A DNA stretch of 64,000 nucleotides, taken from assembly GCA_950097015.1 (NCBI GenBank), contig CATNEN010000029.1, forward strand, positions 5,580,001 to 5,644,000, given 5' to 3'. The position numbers and the translations under genes were made by a program. Under the pieces are notes generated by a model, which saw nothing but the letters and a program-made list of their open reading frames with translations, was not told where the DNA came from and did no database searches. Below, piece by piece: positions 12,594-23,400 of the stretch; within the stretch, counting starts at the first letter, position 1; every line of letters starts with the position of its first letter. Origin of the DNA: Macrostomum hystrix. Its lineage: Eukaryota > Animalia > Platyhelminthes.

Positions 12594-12659
12594 AAAGTGC
12601 GCTTTGAAAAGTGCCAAGTCATCGATCTGGACATTGTGTCCAGGGATCCGGATGGCCTC
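12594..12659 (+). pseudogene. Duplicated 66-nt fragment of caveolin exon 1A
   Basis: Matches 11921-11986 with 6 substitutions (KVRFEKCQVIDLDIVSRDPDGL). No obvious downstream donor before an in-frame stop. Confidence 0.75.
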
Positions 12660-13547
12660 CGGATAGCTATTCCGCAGCGTCCGCAGCCTAATCAAACGTC
12701 CGTTCTAACCACTTGACTAAAGCCTATCCTGGTGATTATTTCTATCGAATCGCTTGGATAGTAATTAATTTGGCAACAAGACTACTAACAGTAATATATT
12801 CAGGAATTCATTAAAAACTTTTCATGCATTTTTAATGGTTAAATCAATATTAATTTTTTATTTTAACTAGATTTAATGCTTTGCTTCATTAAAGTGTCAA
12901 TCAAAATTCGTTCACATCGGTATCTGTGTATTTTTACTTTAAAGGAATGTGGATTCCGTCTTTCAAACTCCTTAGTCCGGTTCGTCAAGTTCACTTGAGT
13001 CTAATTGTCTTATTGAGTCTCCATGCTGTCCATACAGCTGCTTCCAGTGCTGTTTGTACTGAAACAGGTGTCTAAATATTGAAAACTACTGCAACAAAAA
13101 TGCCATTTGCTCGGAACTATAAGCGAAATTTTAATTTTAATATATCCTTTGCGTCAGGCTGGGGTCCTATTGCACAATAATTGGACAGTAAAAAATAACT
13201 CAAGCCTCTTGTTCCTCTGCTTCTAGCTTTGTTAGTGCAGCAAAAGTACATTTGATGCACTTTGTTTGTCCCCCCCCCCTCGCCCGCGCCTGCCGTCACT
13301 GACGATGCCGAGAAATGGAAAGTAATTTGTGATCCACCTTGAGCGAACAGAGAAATGAAACATTGGGGATCGATAATTTCACGGTACACGCCTTTTCCCA
13401 AATGTTACCCCCCCCATGTTCTGTTGTCCCTCAGAGCTCTTGCAACTAAACGTTAAGCATTTTGAACTCCCGTCTAGCTTTGCTACAGAAGAAACGAAAC
13501 AAAAATGACACTTCTTCTATCTGAACTGAAAGTCAACGCCGCCGCTG

Positions 13548-13548
<1 letters not shown>

Positions 13549-13594
<46 letters not shown>
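13549..13594. repeat. (CTG)~15 microsatellite
   Basis: Directly visible. Confidence 0.95.
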
Positions 13595-14091
13595 AGGAAT
13601 GTGTTCTGTCCCCAACCCAACTCCCATTTCGCATGGCAGGTGCAGTGTTTTGCTGCTAACCCAAAACCTTTTTGGCCCGAGAGAAGGAGAGAGAGGATCG
13701 GAGGGGGTTGTACCTCGTGCTCAAGACTCAAGGCGAGGCCATTGCAGTGTTAGGCGTGATCAGGGCACCCCACCTCCCCTAGCCTACTAGGCCGGGAACG
13801 GCCCAAACTTTGACTTCTCCATTCCATTCCCCAATCCGCATTCTTCCCCTGTGCGAATCTGCTCTCCCAAAGTCCACGACCCACCCCCAGCCGGGCAAAT
13901 TTATACCTGTGCGGACAGAGTGACCTGTTTAGCCTGTTTTACTTTCTCTTTTTTAAAACAATATACAATATAATAGGTGACACGATCTGAGCTCTTTGTC
14001 AATCTATTGAGAAGCTCAATTGCGAAATAGTTTAGTTTTCGAAACAGCCCGAACTCCCGAAAAAGCTGAGTTCAAGCTAGCTTTGCTGAGC

Positions 14092-14193
14092 ATGGCTGCA
14101 GCGGTTGGGGGCGAGCAGGTGGAAGTCAAGCTGGAGAGTAGCGAAATCAGTGTGACGAATCGCGATCCCAAAGAGATTAATCAGCACCTGAAG
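14092..14193 (+). CDS. cav: Caveolin, short alternative first coding exon (1B)
   Basis: MAAAVGGEQVEVKLESSEISVTNRDPKEINQHLK with NRDP motif. Donor AAG|GTACAA at 14194, phase 0. Confidence 0.8.
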
Positions 14194-14275
14194 GTACAAG
14201 CCGACTTTTAGCATTGTTGTGTCTTTGTTGTGATATAAGAAATGAGATCTAGTGGCATTACTTGCACTTTTCCAG

Positions 14276-14353
14276 GTGCAATTTGAGGACATCATAGCCG
14301 AGCCTGATCCGACGGTGTTCAGCTTCGATGGCGTTTGGGTTCTGAGCTACAAG
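14276..14353 (+). CDS. cav: Caveolin exon 2 (signature motif)
   Basis: TTTTCCAG|GTG acceptor. Encodes VQFEDIIAEPDPTVFSFDGVWVLSYK (caveolin signature FEDVIAEP). Donor AAG|GTAATT. Confidence 0.92.
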
Positions 14354-14429
14354 GTAATTAATAACTTCCGAACCTTATAGTGTGGGCTTTGAGCATATTT
14401 TGAGCAGTCTAAGGTAATCAAATAGCAAT

Positions 14430-15460
14430 GGACAGTTCGAGTTTATCCCGGTGAACAGCTTGAGTTTATCCCGGTGAACAGCTTGAGTTTATCCCGGTGA
14501 ACAGCTTGAGTTTGTTCCATCAAACAGCTCGAGTTTATCCAATCAAACAGCTCGAGTTTATCCAATCAAACAGCCCGAGTTTATCCCATCAAACAGCTCG
14601 AGTTTATCCAATCAAACAGCTCGAGTTTATCCAATCAAACAGCTCGAGTTTATCCAATCAAACAGCTCGAGTTTATCCAATCAAACAGCTCGAGTTTATC
14701 CAATCAAACAGCTCGAGTTTATCCAATCAAACAGCTTGAGTTTATCCAATCAAACAGCTCGAGTTTATCCAATCAAACAGCTCGAGTTTATCCAATCAAA
14801 CAGCTCGAGTTTATCCCATCAAACAGCTCGAGTTTATCCAATCAAACAGCTCGAGTTTATCCCATCAAACAGCTCGTGTTTATCCAATCAAACAGCTCGA
14901 GTTTATCCCATCAAACAGCTCGAGTTTATCCCATCAAACAGCTCGAGTTTATCCCATCAAACAGCTCGAGTTTATCCAATCAAACAGCTCGAGTTTATCC
15001 AATCAAACAGCTCGAGTTTATCCAATCAAACAGCTCGAGTTTATCCCATCAAACAGCTCGAGTTTATCCAATCAAACAGCCCGAGTTTATCCCATCAAAC
15101 AGCTCGAGTTTATCCAATCAAACAGCTCGAGTTTATCCAATCAAACAGCTCGAGTTTATCCAATCAAACAGCTCGAGTTTATCCAATCAAACAGCTCGAG
15201 TTTATCCAATCAAACAGCTCGAGTTTATCCCATCAAACAGCTCGAGTTTATCCAATCAAACAGCTCGAATTTATCCAATCAAACAGCTCGAGTTTATCCA
15301 ATCAAACAGCCCGAGTTTATCCAATCAAACAGCTCGAGTTTATCCCATCAAACAGCTCGAGTTTATCCCATCAAACAGCTCGAGTTTATCCCATCAAACA
15401 GCTCGAGTTTATCCCATCAAACAGCTCGAGTTTATCCCATCAAACAGCTCGAGTTTATCC
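14430..15460. repeat. 23-bp minisatellite (TTTATCCAATCAAACAGCTCGAG)n
   Basis: Visible array filling nearly all of the caveolin intron 14354-15472. Confidence 0.95.
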
Positions 15461-15472
15461 CCTCCCATGCAG

Positions 15473-15739
15473 ATATTCACGTCCACAAAGCTGTGGTGCT
15501 ATCGCATCACCTCCCTGATCTGCGCAGTCCCGGCCGCCATCTGCTGGGGCATCGAGTTCGCCTGCCTTTCCTTCTGCACCATCTGGTGCTGGCAGCCCAG
15601 CGTCAAGGCCTTCCAGATCTCGCTGTGGTACCCAAGGCGCATCTTCGAAATCATGCTGGCCGTATTCGTGGAGCCGTGCTTCCATGCCATAGGCAAGTGC
15701 CTCAGCCACATCGTTGTCAGCATCAAGCGAGAGGGCTAA
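15473..15739 (+). CDS. cav: Caveolin last exon (scaffolding/intramembrane and C-terminal region)
   Basis: Acceptor ATGCAG|ATA. IFTSTKLWCYRITSLICAVPAAICWGIEFACLSFCTIWCWQP...EPCFHAIGKCLS resembles caveolin FTVTKYWFYR...WGIYFAILSFLHIW..P...DPLFEAVGK. Confidence 0.92.
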   Translation: MFTSTKLWCYRITSLICAVPAAICWGIEFACLSFCTIWCWQPSVKAFQISLWYPRRIFEIMLAVFVEPCFHAIGKCLSHIVVSIKREG

Positions 15740-16696
15740 AACACGTGGCTGCACTCGCTTCTCTAAATTCAGTCTACACAGCTTTGCTTCGTTTAATGAA
15801 AATGTCAACTATCCTACTTATGGCCTGCCAGTAGTGCAACAAGTAGCACAGATTATTAATTCGGTCTAAGCTTCTGACTATTTGAAGAAAACTATTTCTG
15901 CCTGTTACCAGCTTGTAGAATTCAATAGAGACCATTGTATAGTGTTGGTTTTTTTCAATTGTGATTCTCTTAAACACATATTCGTTTATATATGGTAATT
16001 ATTGAGTAAGTTAATTTGTTAATTCGTTTCAAAATAATTTTAACCCCATGAGAAAAGTTTCGTTTTTATCTCTTTTGAAACATTATTATAAACTTGTTAC
16101 TTTTAAAAAATTCCATTTGACCGTATTAAAGCTACTGATTAATAACAATTTTTGTTTAAAATTGTGCGCTTTTTGTTTCAAAAAATTAAGTCCCAGACGG
16201 TGCAGCCGCCGATAAAGTTGCAAATAAACGCAGAGTTTAAAGGCACAAGTCTGTCTTCCCTGCAGATAATTGTTAATCGTAAACATTGGTCGGCTAACAG
16301 TTCTATTTTGATGTTTTTGTCCTACTTGCTGCTTTGGAAGAGAATATCGCTTTTGTGACTATCTAAATGGGAATTTCGAATAATCAAAACTTTATAACTC
16401 TCCCCCTCCCTCGCCTGTTTGTTTCCCTTTACCCCATGAAAGTTGAGGCTGTTGTTTAGGCTGGCCTCATTAATTACTTCTCGTTAGAATAATATAACAG
16501 CCGACATGGTTACACCCGACGATAATCGTTGAATATCTGTACGATGCCCATGTTATATGATTCTGGAAGTTGTTTCATCGGATAGAGCAGAAAAGTTTTG
16601 CCCGTGTTCTGGAATGTCATTGCGATCGGTTGAATATTTTTGGTGATACAGAAAAAAACAAAAATGTGGGCATTTGAAATAGCCTCGTTGAAATAA

Positions 16697-17920
16697 TCTC
16701 TCCCCTGTCTTATCTCTCCCCTGTCTTATCTCTCCCCTGTCTTATCTCTCCCCTGTCTTATCTCTCCCGCGTCTCATCTCTCCCGTGTCTAATCTCTCCC
16801 GTGTCTCATCTCTCCCGTGTCTAATCTCTCCCGTGTCTCATCTCTCCCGTGTCTCATCTCTCCCGTGTCTCATCTCTCCCGTGTCTCATCTCTCTCGTGT
16901 CCCATCTTTCCTGTGTCTCATCTCTCCCGTGTCTAATCTCTCCCGTGTCTAATCTCTCCCGTGTCTCATCTCCTCCGTGTCTAATCTCTCCCGTGTCTAA
17001 TCTCTCCCCTGTCTTATCTCTCCCGTGTCTAATCTCTCTCGTGTCCTATCTTTCCTGTGTCTCATCTCTCCCGTGTCTAATCTCTCCCGTGTCTCATCTC
17101 CCCCGTGTCTAATCTCTCCCGTGTCTAATCTCTCCCGTGTCTAATCTCTCTCGTGTCCTATCTTTCCTGTGTCTCATCTCTCCCGTGTCTCATCTCTCCC
17201 GTGTCTAATCTCTCCCGTGTCTAATCTCTCCCGTGTCTCATCTCTCCCGTGTCTTATCTCTCCCGTGTCTCATCTCTCTCGTGTCCCATCTTTCCTGTGT
17301 CTCATCTCTCCCTTGTCTCATCTCTCCCGTGTCTAATCTCTCCCGTGTCTCATCTCTCCCGTGTCTCATCTCTCCCGTGTCTAATCTCTCCCCTGTCTTA
17401 TCTCTCTCGTGTCCCATCTTTCCTGTGTCTCATCTCTCCCGTGTCTAATCTCTCCCGTGTCTAATCTCTCCCGTGTCTCATCTCCCCCGTGTCTAATCTC
17501 TCCCGTGTCTAATCTCTCCCCTGTCTTATCTCTCCCGTGTCTAATCTCTCTCGTGTCCCATCTTTCCTGTGTCTCATCTCTCCCGTGTCTCATCTCTCCC
17601 GTGTCTAATCTCTCCCGTGTCTCATCTCTCCCGTGTCTCATCTCTCCCGTGTCTCATCTCTCCCGTGTCTCATCTCTCTCGTGTCCCATCTTTCCTGTGT
17701 CTCATCTCTCCCGTGTCTAATCTCTCCCGTGTCTAATCTCTCCCGTGTCTCATCTCCCCCGTGTCTAATCTCTCCCGTGTCTAATCTCTCCCGTGTCTTA
17801 TCTCTCCCGTGTCTAATCTCTCTCGTGTCCTATCTTTCCTGTGTCTCATCTCTCCCGTGTCTCATCTCTCCCGTGTCTCATCTCTCCCGTGTCTCATCTC
17901 TCCCGTGTCTCATCTCTCCC
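16697..17920. repeat. 16-bp pyrimidine-rich minisatellite (TCTCTCCCGTGTCTCA)n
   Basis: Visible array ending just before the mariner left TIR. Confidence 0.95.
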
Positions 17921-17934
17921 CTATTTCATATTTA

Positions 17935-19294
17935 CTACGGGTGTGTCATAAGTAATGTCACTGTGGTTGTTGTGCGGGAACCCAAAGCAATAATCATCCA
18001 AATATATTATATTCTGAAAGTACATTTATTGAGAAGTTGCCACCACACCTGAGCAGCAATTTTAATGTCTATGGCCAAAACTGTCGCAAGAATTTGTTAA
18101 TCAGATTTAGCAAGCGCAACGCGATGAAATCTTCTTTTTGCAACGAGCAAAACTCAACATGAATCACGACAAGACGCACATCCAGTTCTACGCTTTCATT
18201 CGCTTCAAGCTTGGAAAATCTGCACTTGAAGTAGAGGAGGATCTCCGGAACACACTGCCAGACAACTGCCCAACTCGCAGGACAATTTACAGGTGGTTTC
18301 AGAACTTTACTGATCCTGGGTTCGAATTGGGAGATGCCGCCAGATCTGGACGACCATGTTCAACCAGGACAATAGAGAACATCGAAGTCATCAGCGACCT
18401 GGTCAAGGAAGACCCGCGGCAGTCTGTCAGGGAGCTAGCGGACTGCTTGGAGATTGATTTCAAGACAGTCCATCGCATCTTGACAGAGGATCTCCATCTC
18501 CGAAACGTCTGCTCGGTCTGGGTGCCCCATGACCTCACTGCGGACCAACGTCAGGCCCGTGTGAACTGCGCCAATCAGATCCGCAAGGTGTTCAGCAGCC
18601 GGGGCTTGGATGACATCCTAAACTGCCTGGTTGTTGAGGATGAGACCTGGCTCCACCTGGATGGCAAAAGCAGCAAGGCAGACAATCGCTGCTGGCTGGG
18701 AGCTGGGTACTCCAGGCTGACTGTGACCAGGAGGTCCATCTCAGACAAGAAGACCATGCTGCTGGTGGCATTCACGCCAAACAAACGAGTCTCCATCTGT
18801 ACAACTCCGCCAAACACCAAGGTCGATGGCCAGTACTTCATCGACTTTGTCCGACACACTGGGAACCTCTGGCGCACGCTCCGGTCAAACCCGATTCACC
18901 TGAACGAAGTTCTGTGGCAGATGGACAACGCACGGACCCACACCTGTCAGGCTGTTTCGGATTTTCTGGCTGGACGGCGAGTAAATCTGCTCTGGCAGAG
19001 TCCCTACAGCCCAGACTTCAACTTGTGCGACAGGTTTCTCTTTAAATGGCTGAAGGCAGACTTTTCCCAGAGAAGTTTCGCAAACCATGATGAGGTCAAA
19101 GAAGCCGCGTTGCACTGGTTCCGACAGCTGGAGGAAAAACACCTGCAGGCTGAGGTAGAGAAGCTGTACGAGCACTGCCAGAGGGTGATTGATATTGGGG
19201 GACACTATGTTGTTGATTGATACAGTTTCGTTCATTTGCGATTGTTAGTTGGTCTGTTTTACCCTCAGTGACATTACTTATGACACACCCGAAG
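17935..19294 (+). mobile_element. Mariner DNA transposon, full length (~1.36 kb)
   Basis: 29-bp TIRs: CTACGGGTGTGTCATAAGTAATGTCACTG (17935-17963) and its reverse complement at 19266-19294, with 1 mismatch. Each is flanked by TA. Confidence 0.95.
18159..19220 (+). CDS. Mariner transposase (DD34D)
   Basis: Uninterrupted ORF from ATG 18159 with an HTH region, WVPHDL, EDETW, DNARTH and YSPDFNLCD. I count 34 residues between the second and third Asp. Confidence 0.95.
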   Translation: MNHDKTHIQFYAFIRFKLGKSALEVEEDLRNTLPDNCPTRRTIYRWFQNFTDPGFELGDAARSGRPCSTRTIENIEVISDLVKEDPRQSVRELADCLEIDFKTVHRILTEDLHLRNVCSVWVPHDLTADQRQARVNCANQIRKVFSSRGLDDILNCLVVEDETWLHLDGKSSKADNRCWLGAGYSRLTVTRRSISDKKTMLLVAFTPNKRVSICTTPPNTKVDGQYFIDFVRHTGNLWRTLRSNPIHLNEVLWQMDNARTHTCQAVSDFLAGRRVNLLWQSPYSPDFNLCDRFLFKWLKADFSQRSFANHDEVKEAALHWFRQLEEKHLQAEVEKLYEHCQRVIDIGGHYVVD

Positions 19295-19304
19295 TATATA
19301 GTCA

Positions 19305-19371
19305 ATGCGGCCCGTTGTCGTCTTTTAGGTTCTCTCTTTGGCCCGCCAGCAAATAAGTTTGCCTACCCCTG
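19305..19371. mobile_element. Possible hAT/Charlie-like MITE terminus remnant
   Basis: GCGGCCCG...GGCCCGCC...AAGTTTGCCTACCCCTG resembles a CAGGGGT(A/C)GGCAAAC-type TIR. No matching second end found. Confidence 0.3.
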
Positions 19372-20424
19372 ACCTATAGACATGAACACTCTATGGTCAC
19401 CTATTGGTGGAAAGCATTAATTACAATTTTCGACGCTACTAAATTCGTGTTGCATTTAAAGTTCTTTTTGATCTTCTGTAATTAAGTACGTATTTCTAAG
19501 GAAATGTGAAAAGTCAATTTTTTCTAAGGCATTTAACAGACGATTAATACAAAAATTCATGCTTTACTGTGTTTCACTTTTACCGCATATTCACATTTGC
19601 CTTTGTAGCAGCAATCAATAAAGCTGAGCAGTTGTGTCTGCTGAGCACAAAATAATGATCATAATTAATGGGGCCAGCTGTTATTCTGCCTGTATTCTCT
19701 TGCTGGGGAGTCCGAGAACACTGGGCTGGCTACAAAATCGTTGACTGCACCCTAGCCTCATCCATATGGGGCACCTGATTAACATCGTGAGTCGATCTGC
19801 CTGCTTCTCTGCCTCCAGTGAAACTCTTCCGCACCTTCAGTCGCTGGGTTGGGCCGGCCTAACATTATTGATTGCTCACACAAAATAGTTTTCGATTTCC
19901 GACTGCTCAAGCAATGTAAATACGCGCAGCTTGGGGTGGTCTTTGATGGGTTGGTTTGAAGATGTGCTGTTGCATCGATTTTCCGCTACCTTTGAACGAA
20001 GACAAATAAAATAATAATAGTAATAGTTCAAAGACCTCATTAAATATTATTTCATATGTATTGGTATTATAAGGGGTGAGTGACAGACCGGTCAAACGCG
20101 TTTGCCTCTCGCACCAAGGCTCCTGAGCTCGATTCTGCGGCGAGGCCACATTCATTTGGGGCGCAGCCGCGGAGAGAAGGCTTGGGGGTTTGTCGTGCAA
20201 TTTACGCCATTGAGGGCCAACCTCCAAGGCCCAGTGAGAGTGTACACTGCCTGATAATGAGAACGTCAGGGCAGATGTACCTGCGTACGGTATCAGTGTG
20301 CGTGTGTGCTCATGAGTCAGCGAAATGGGCAGAATTGCCTCCTCGCTGGCTGTGGGTCTAGTGTCACCAAATGAATGTGCAATTGACCACAGCTCTCCTT
20401 AAAACATTATAATTAGTATTAACA

Positions 20425-23400
20425 CTAGCAAGTTTTGCCCCCCTTCGGGGAGCAGAAATATTTTTAACTCGTCCAGTATATACTTTTTAGCAGCTGTATT
20501 GTCAGCCTTTTTTGCGCTACAATGATCAGTTGACAATGATCCCCCAGTTGAGAATGATCCCCCAGTTGACAATGATCCCCCAGTTAATAATGATCCCCCA
20601 GTTGACAATGATCCCCCAGTTGACAATGATCCCCCAGTTGACAATGATCCCCCAGTTGATAATGATCACCCAGTTGACAATGATCCCCCAGTTGACAATG
20701 ATCCCCCAGTTGACAATGATCCCCCAGTTGACAATGATCTCCCAGTTGACAATGATCCACCAGTTGACAATGATCCCCCAGTTGACAATGATCCCACAGT
20801 TGACAATGATCCCCCAGTTGATAATGATCACCCAGTTGACATTGATCCTCCAGTTGACAATGATCCCCCAGTTGACAATGATCCCCCAGTTGACAATGAT
20901 CTCCCAGTTGACAATGATCCACCAGTTGACAATGATCCCCCAGTTCACAATGATCCCCAGTTGGCCATGATCCCCTAGTTGACAATGATCCCACAGTTGA
21001 CAATGATCCCCCAGTTTACAATGATCCCCCAGTTGATGATGATTCCCCAGTTTACAATGATCTCCCAGTTGACAATGATCCCCCAGTTGACAATGTTCCC
21101 CCAGTTGACAATGATCCCCCAGTTCACAATGATCCCCAGTTGGCCATGATCCCCTAGTTGACAATGATCCCACAGTTGACAATGATCCCCCAGTTTACAA
21201 TGATCCCCCAGTTGATGATGATTCCCCAGTTTACAATGATCTCCCAGTTGACAATGATCCCCCAGTTGACAATGTTCCCCCAGTTGACAATGATCCCCCA
21301 GTTCACAATGATCCCCAGTTGGCCATGATCCCCTAGTTGACAATGATCCCACAGTTGACAATGATCCCCCAGTTTACAATGATCCCCCAGTTGATGATGA
21401 TTCCCCAGTTAACAATGATCTCCCAGTTGAAAATGATCCCCCAGTTTACAATGATCCCCCAGTTGACAATGATCCCCCAGTTGACAATGATCCCCCAGTT
21501 GACAATGATCCCCCAGTTGACAATGATTACCCAGTTGACAATGATTACCCAGTTGACAATCATTCCCCAGTGGACAATGATCCCCCAGTTTACAATGATA
21601 CCCCAGTTGACAATGATCACCCAGTTGAAGATGATCCCCCGGTTGACAATGATCACCCAGTTCACAATGATCCCCAGTTGGCCATGATCCCCTAGTTGAC
21701 AATGATCCCACAGTTGACAATGATCCCCCAGTTGATGATGATCCCCCAGTTTACAATGATCTCCCAGTTGACAATGATCCCCCAGTTGAAGATGATCCCC
21801 CAGTTGACAATGATCACCCAGTTCACAATGATCCCCAGTTGGCCATGATCCCCTAGTTGACAATGATCCTACAGTTGACAATGATCCCCCAGTTGACAAT
21901 GATCCCCCAGTTGATGATGATCCCCCAGTTTACAGTGATCTCCCAGTTGACAATGATCCCCCAGTTGAAGATGATCCCCCAGTTGACAATGATCACCCAG
22001 TTCACAATGATCCCCAGTTGGCCATGATCCCCTAGTTGACAATGATCCTACAGTTGACAATGATCCCCCAGTTGACAATGATCCCCCAGTTGATGATGAT
22101 CCCCCAGTTTACAGTGATCTCCCAGTTGACAATGATCCCCCAGTTGAAGATGATCCCCCAGTTGACAATGATCACCCAGTTCACAATGATCCCCAGTTGG
22201 CCATGATCCCCTAGTTGACAATGATCCTACAGTTGACAATGATCCCCCAGTTGACAATGATCCCCCAGTTGACATGATTACCCAGTTGACAATCATTCCC
22301 CAGTGGACAATGATCCCCTAGTTGACAATGATCCCCCAGTTGAAAATGATACCCCAGTTGACAATGATCCCCCAGTTGACGATGATCCCCCAGTTGACAA
22401 TGATCCCCCAATTGACAATGATCCCCCAGTTGACAATGATCCCCCAGTTGACAATGATCCCCCAGTTGACAATTATCCCCCAGTTTACCATGATCCCCCA
22501 GTTGACGATTATCCCCCAGTTCACCATGATCCCCATTTTGATGATGACTCCCCAGTTGACGTTGATTTTTCAAACACTGGGTTAGCCAAGATTCAAACTC
22601 AGGTTTCGCCATGTTTTAAACCCTGGTGGGCTATGATTCAAACTCTCGTTTTGCCATGATTCAGACTCTGGTTGGCTATGATTCAAACTCTGGTTTAGCC
22701 AAGATTCAAACTCTGGTTTAGCCATGTTTTAAACCCTGGTGGGCTATGATTCAAACTCTCGTTTTGCCATGATTCAGACTCTAGTTTAGCCATGATTCAG
22801 ACTCTGGTTTTGCCATGATTCAAGCTCTGGTTTAGCCATGTTTCAAACTCTGGTTTAGCCATGATTCAAACTCTGGTTTAGCCATGATTCAGACTCTGGT
22901 TTAGCCATGATTCAGACTCTGGTTTAGCCATGATTCAGACGCTGGTTTAGCCATGGTTCAGACTCTGGTTTAGCCATGATTCAAACTCTGGTTTAGCCAT
23001 GATTCAGACGCTGGTTTAGCCATGATTCAGACGCTGGTTTAGCCATGATTGAAACTCTGGTTTAGCCATGATTCAGACTCTGGTTTAGCCATGATTTAAA
23101 CTCTGGTTTAGCCATGATTCAGACTCTGGTTTAGCCATGGTTCAAACTCTGGTTTAGCCATGATTCAGACGCTGGTTTAGCCATGATTCAGACTCTGGTT
23201 TAGCCATGATTCAAACTCTGGTTAAGCCATGATTCAGACTCTGGTTTCGCCATGTTTTAAACCCTGGTGGGCTATGATTCAAACTCTCGTTTTGCCATGA
23301 TTCAGACTCTGGTTTAGCCATGATTCAGACTCTGGTTTTGCCATGATTCAAGCTCTGGTTTAGCCATGTTTCAAACTCTGGTTTAGCCATGATTCAAACT

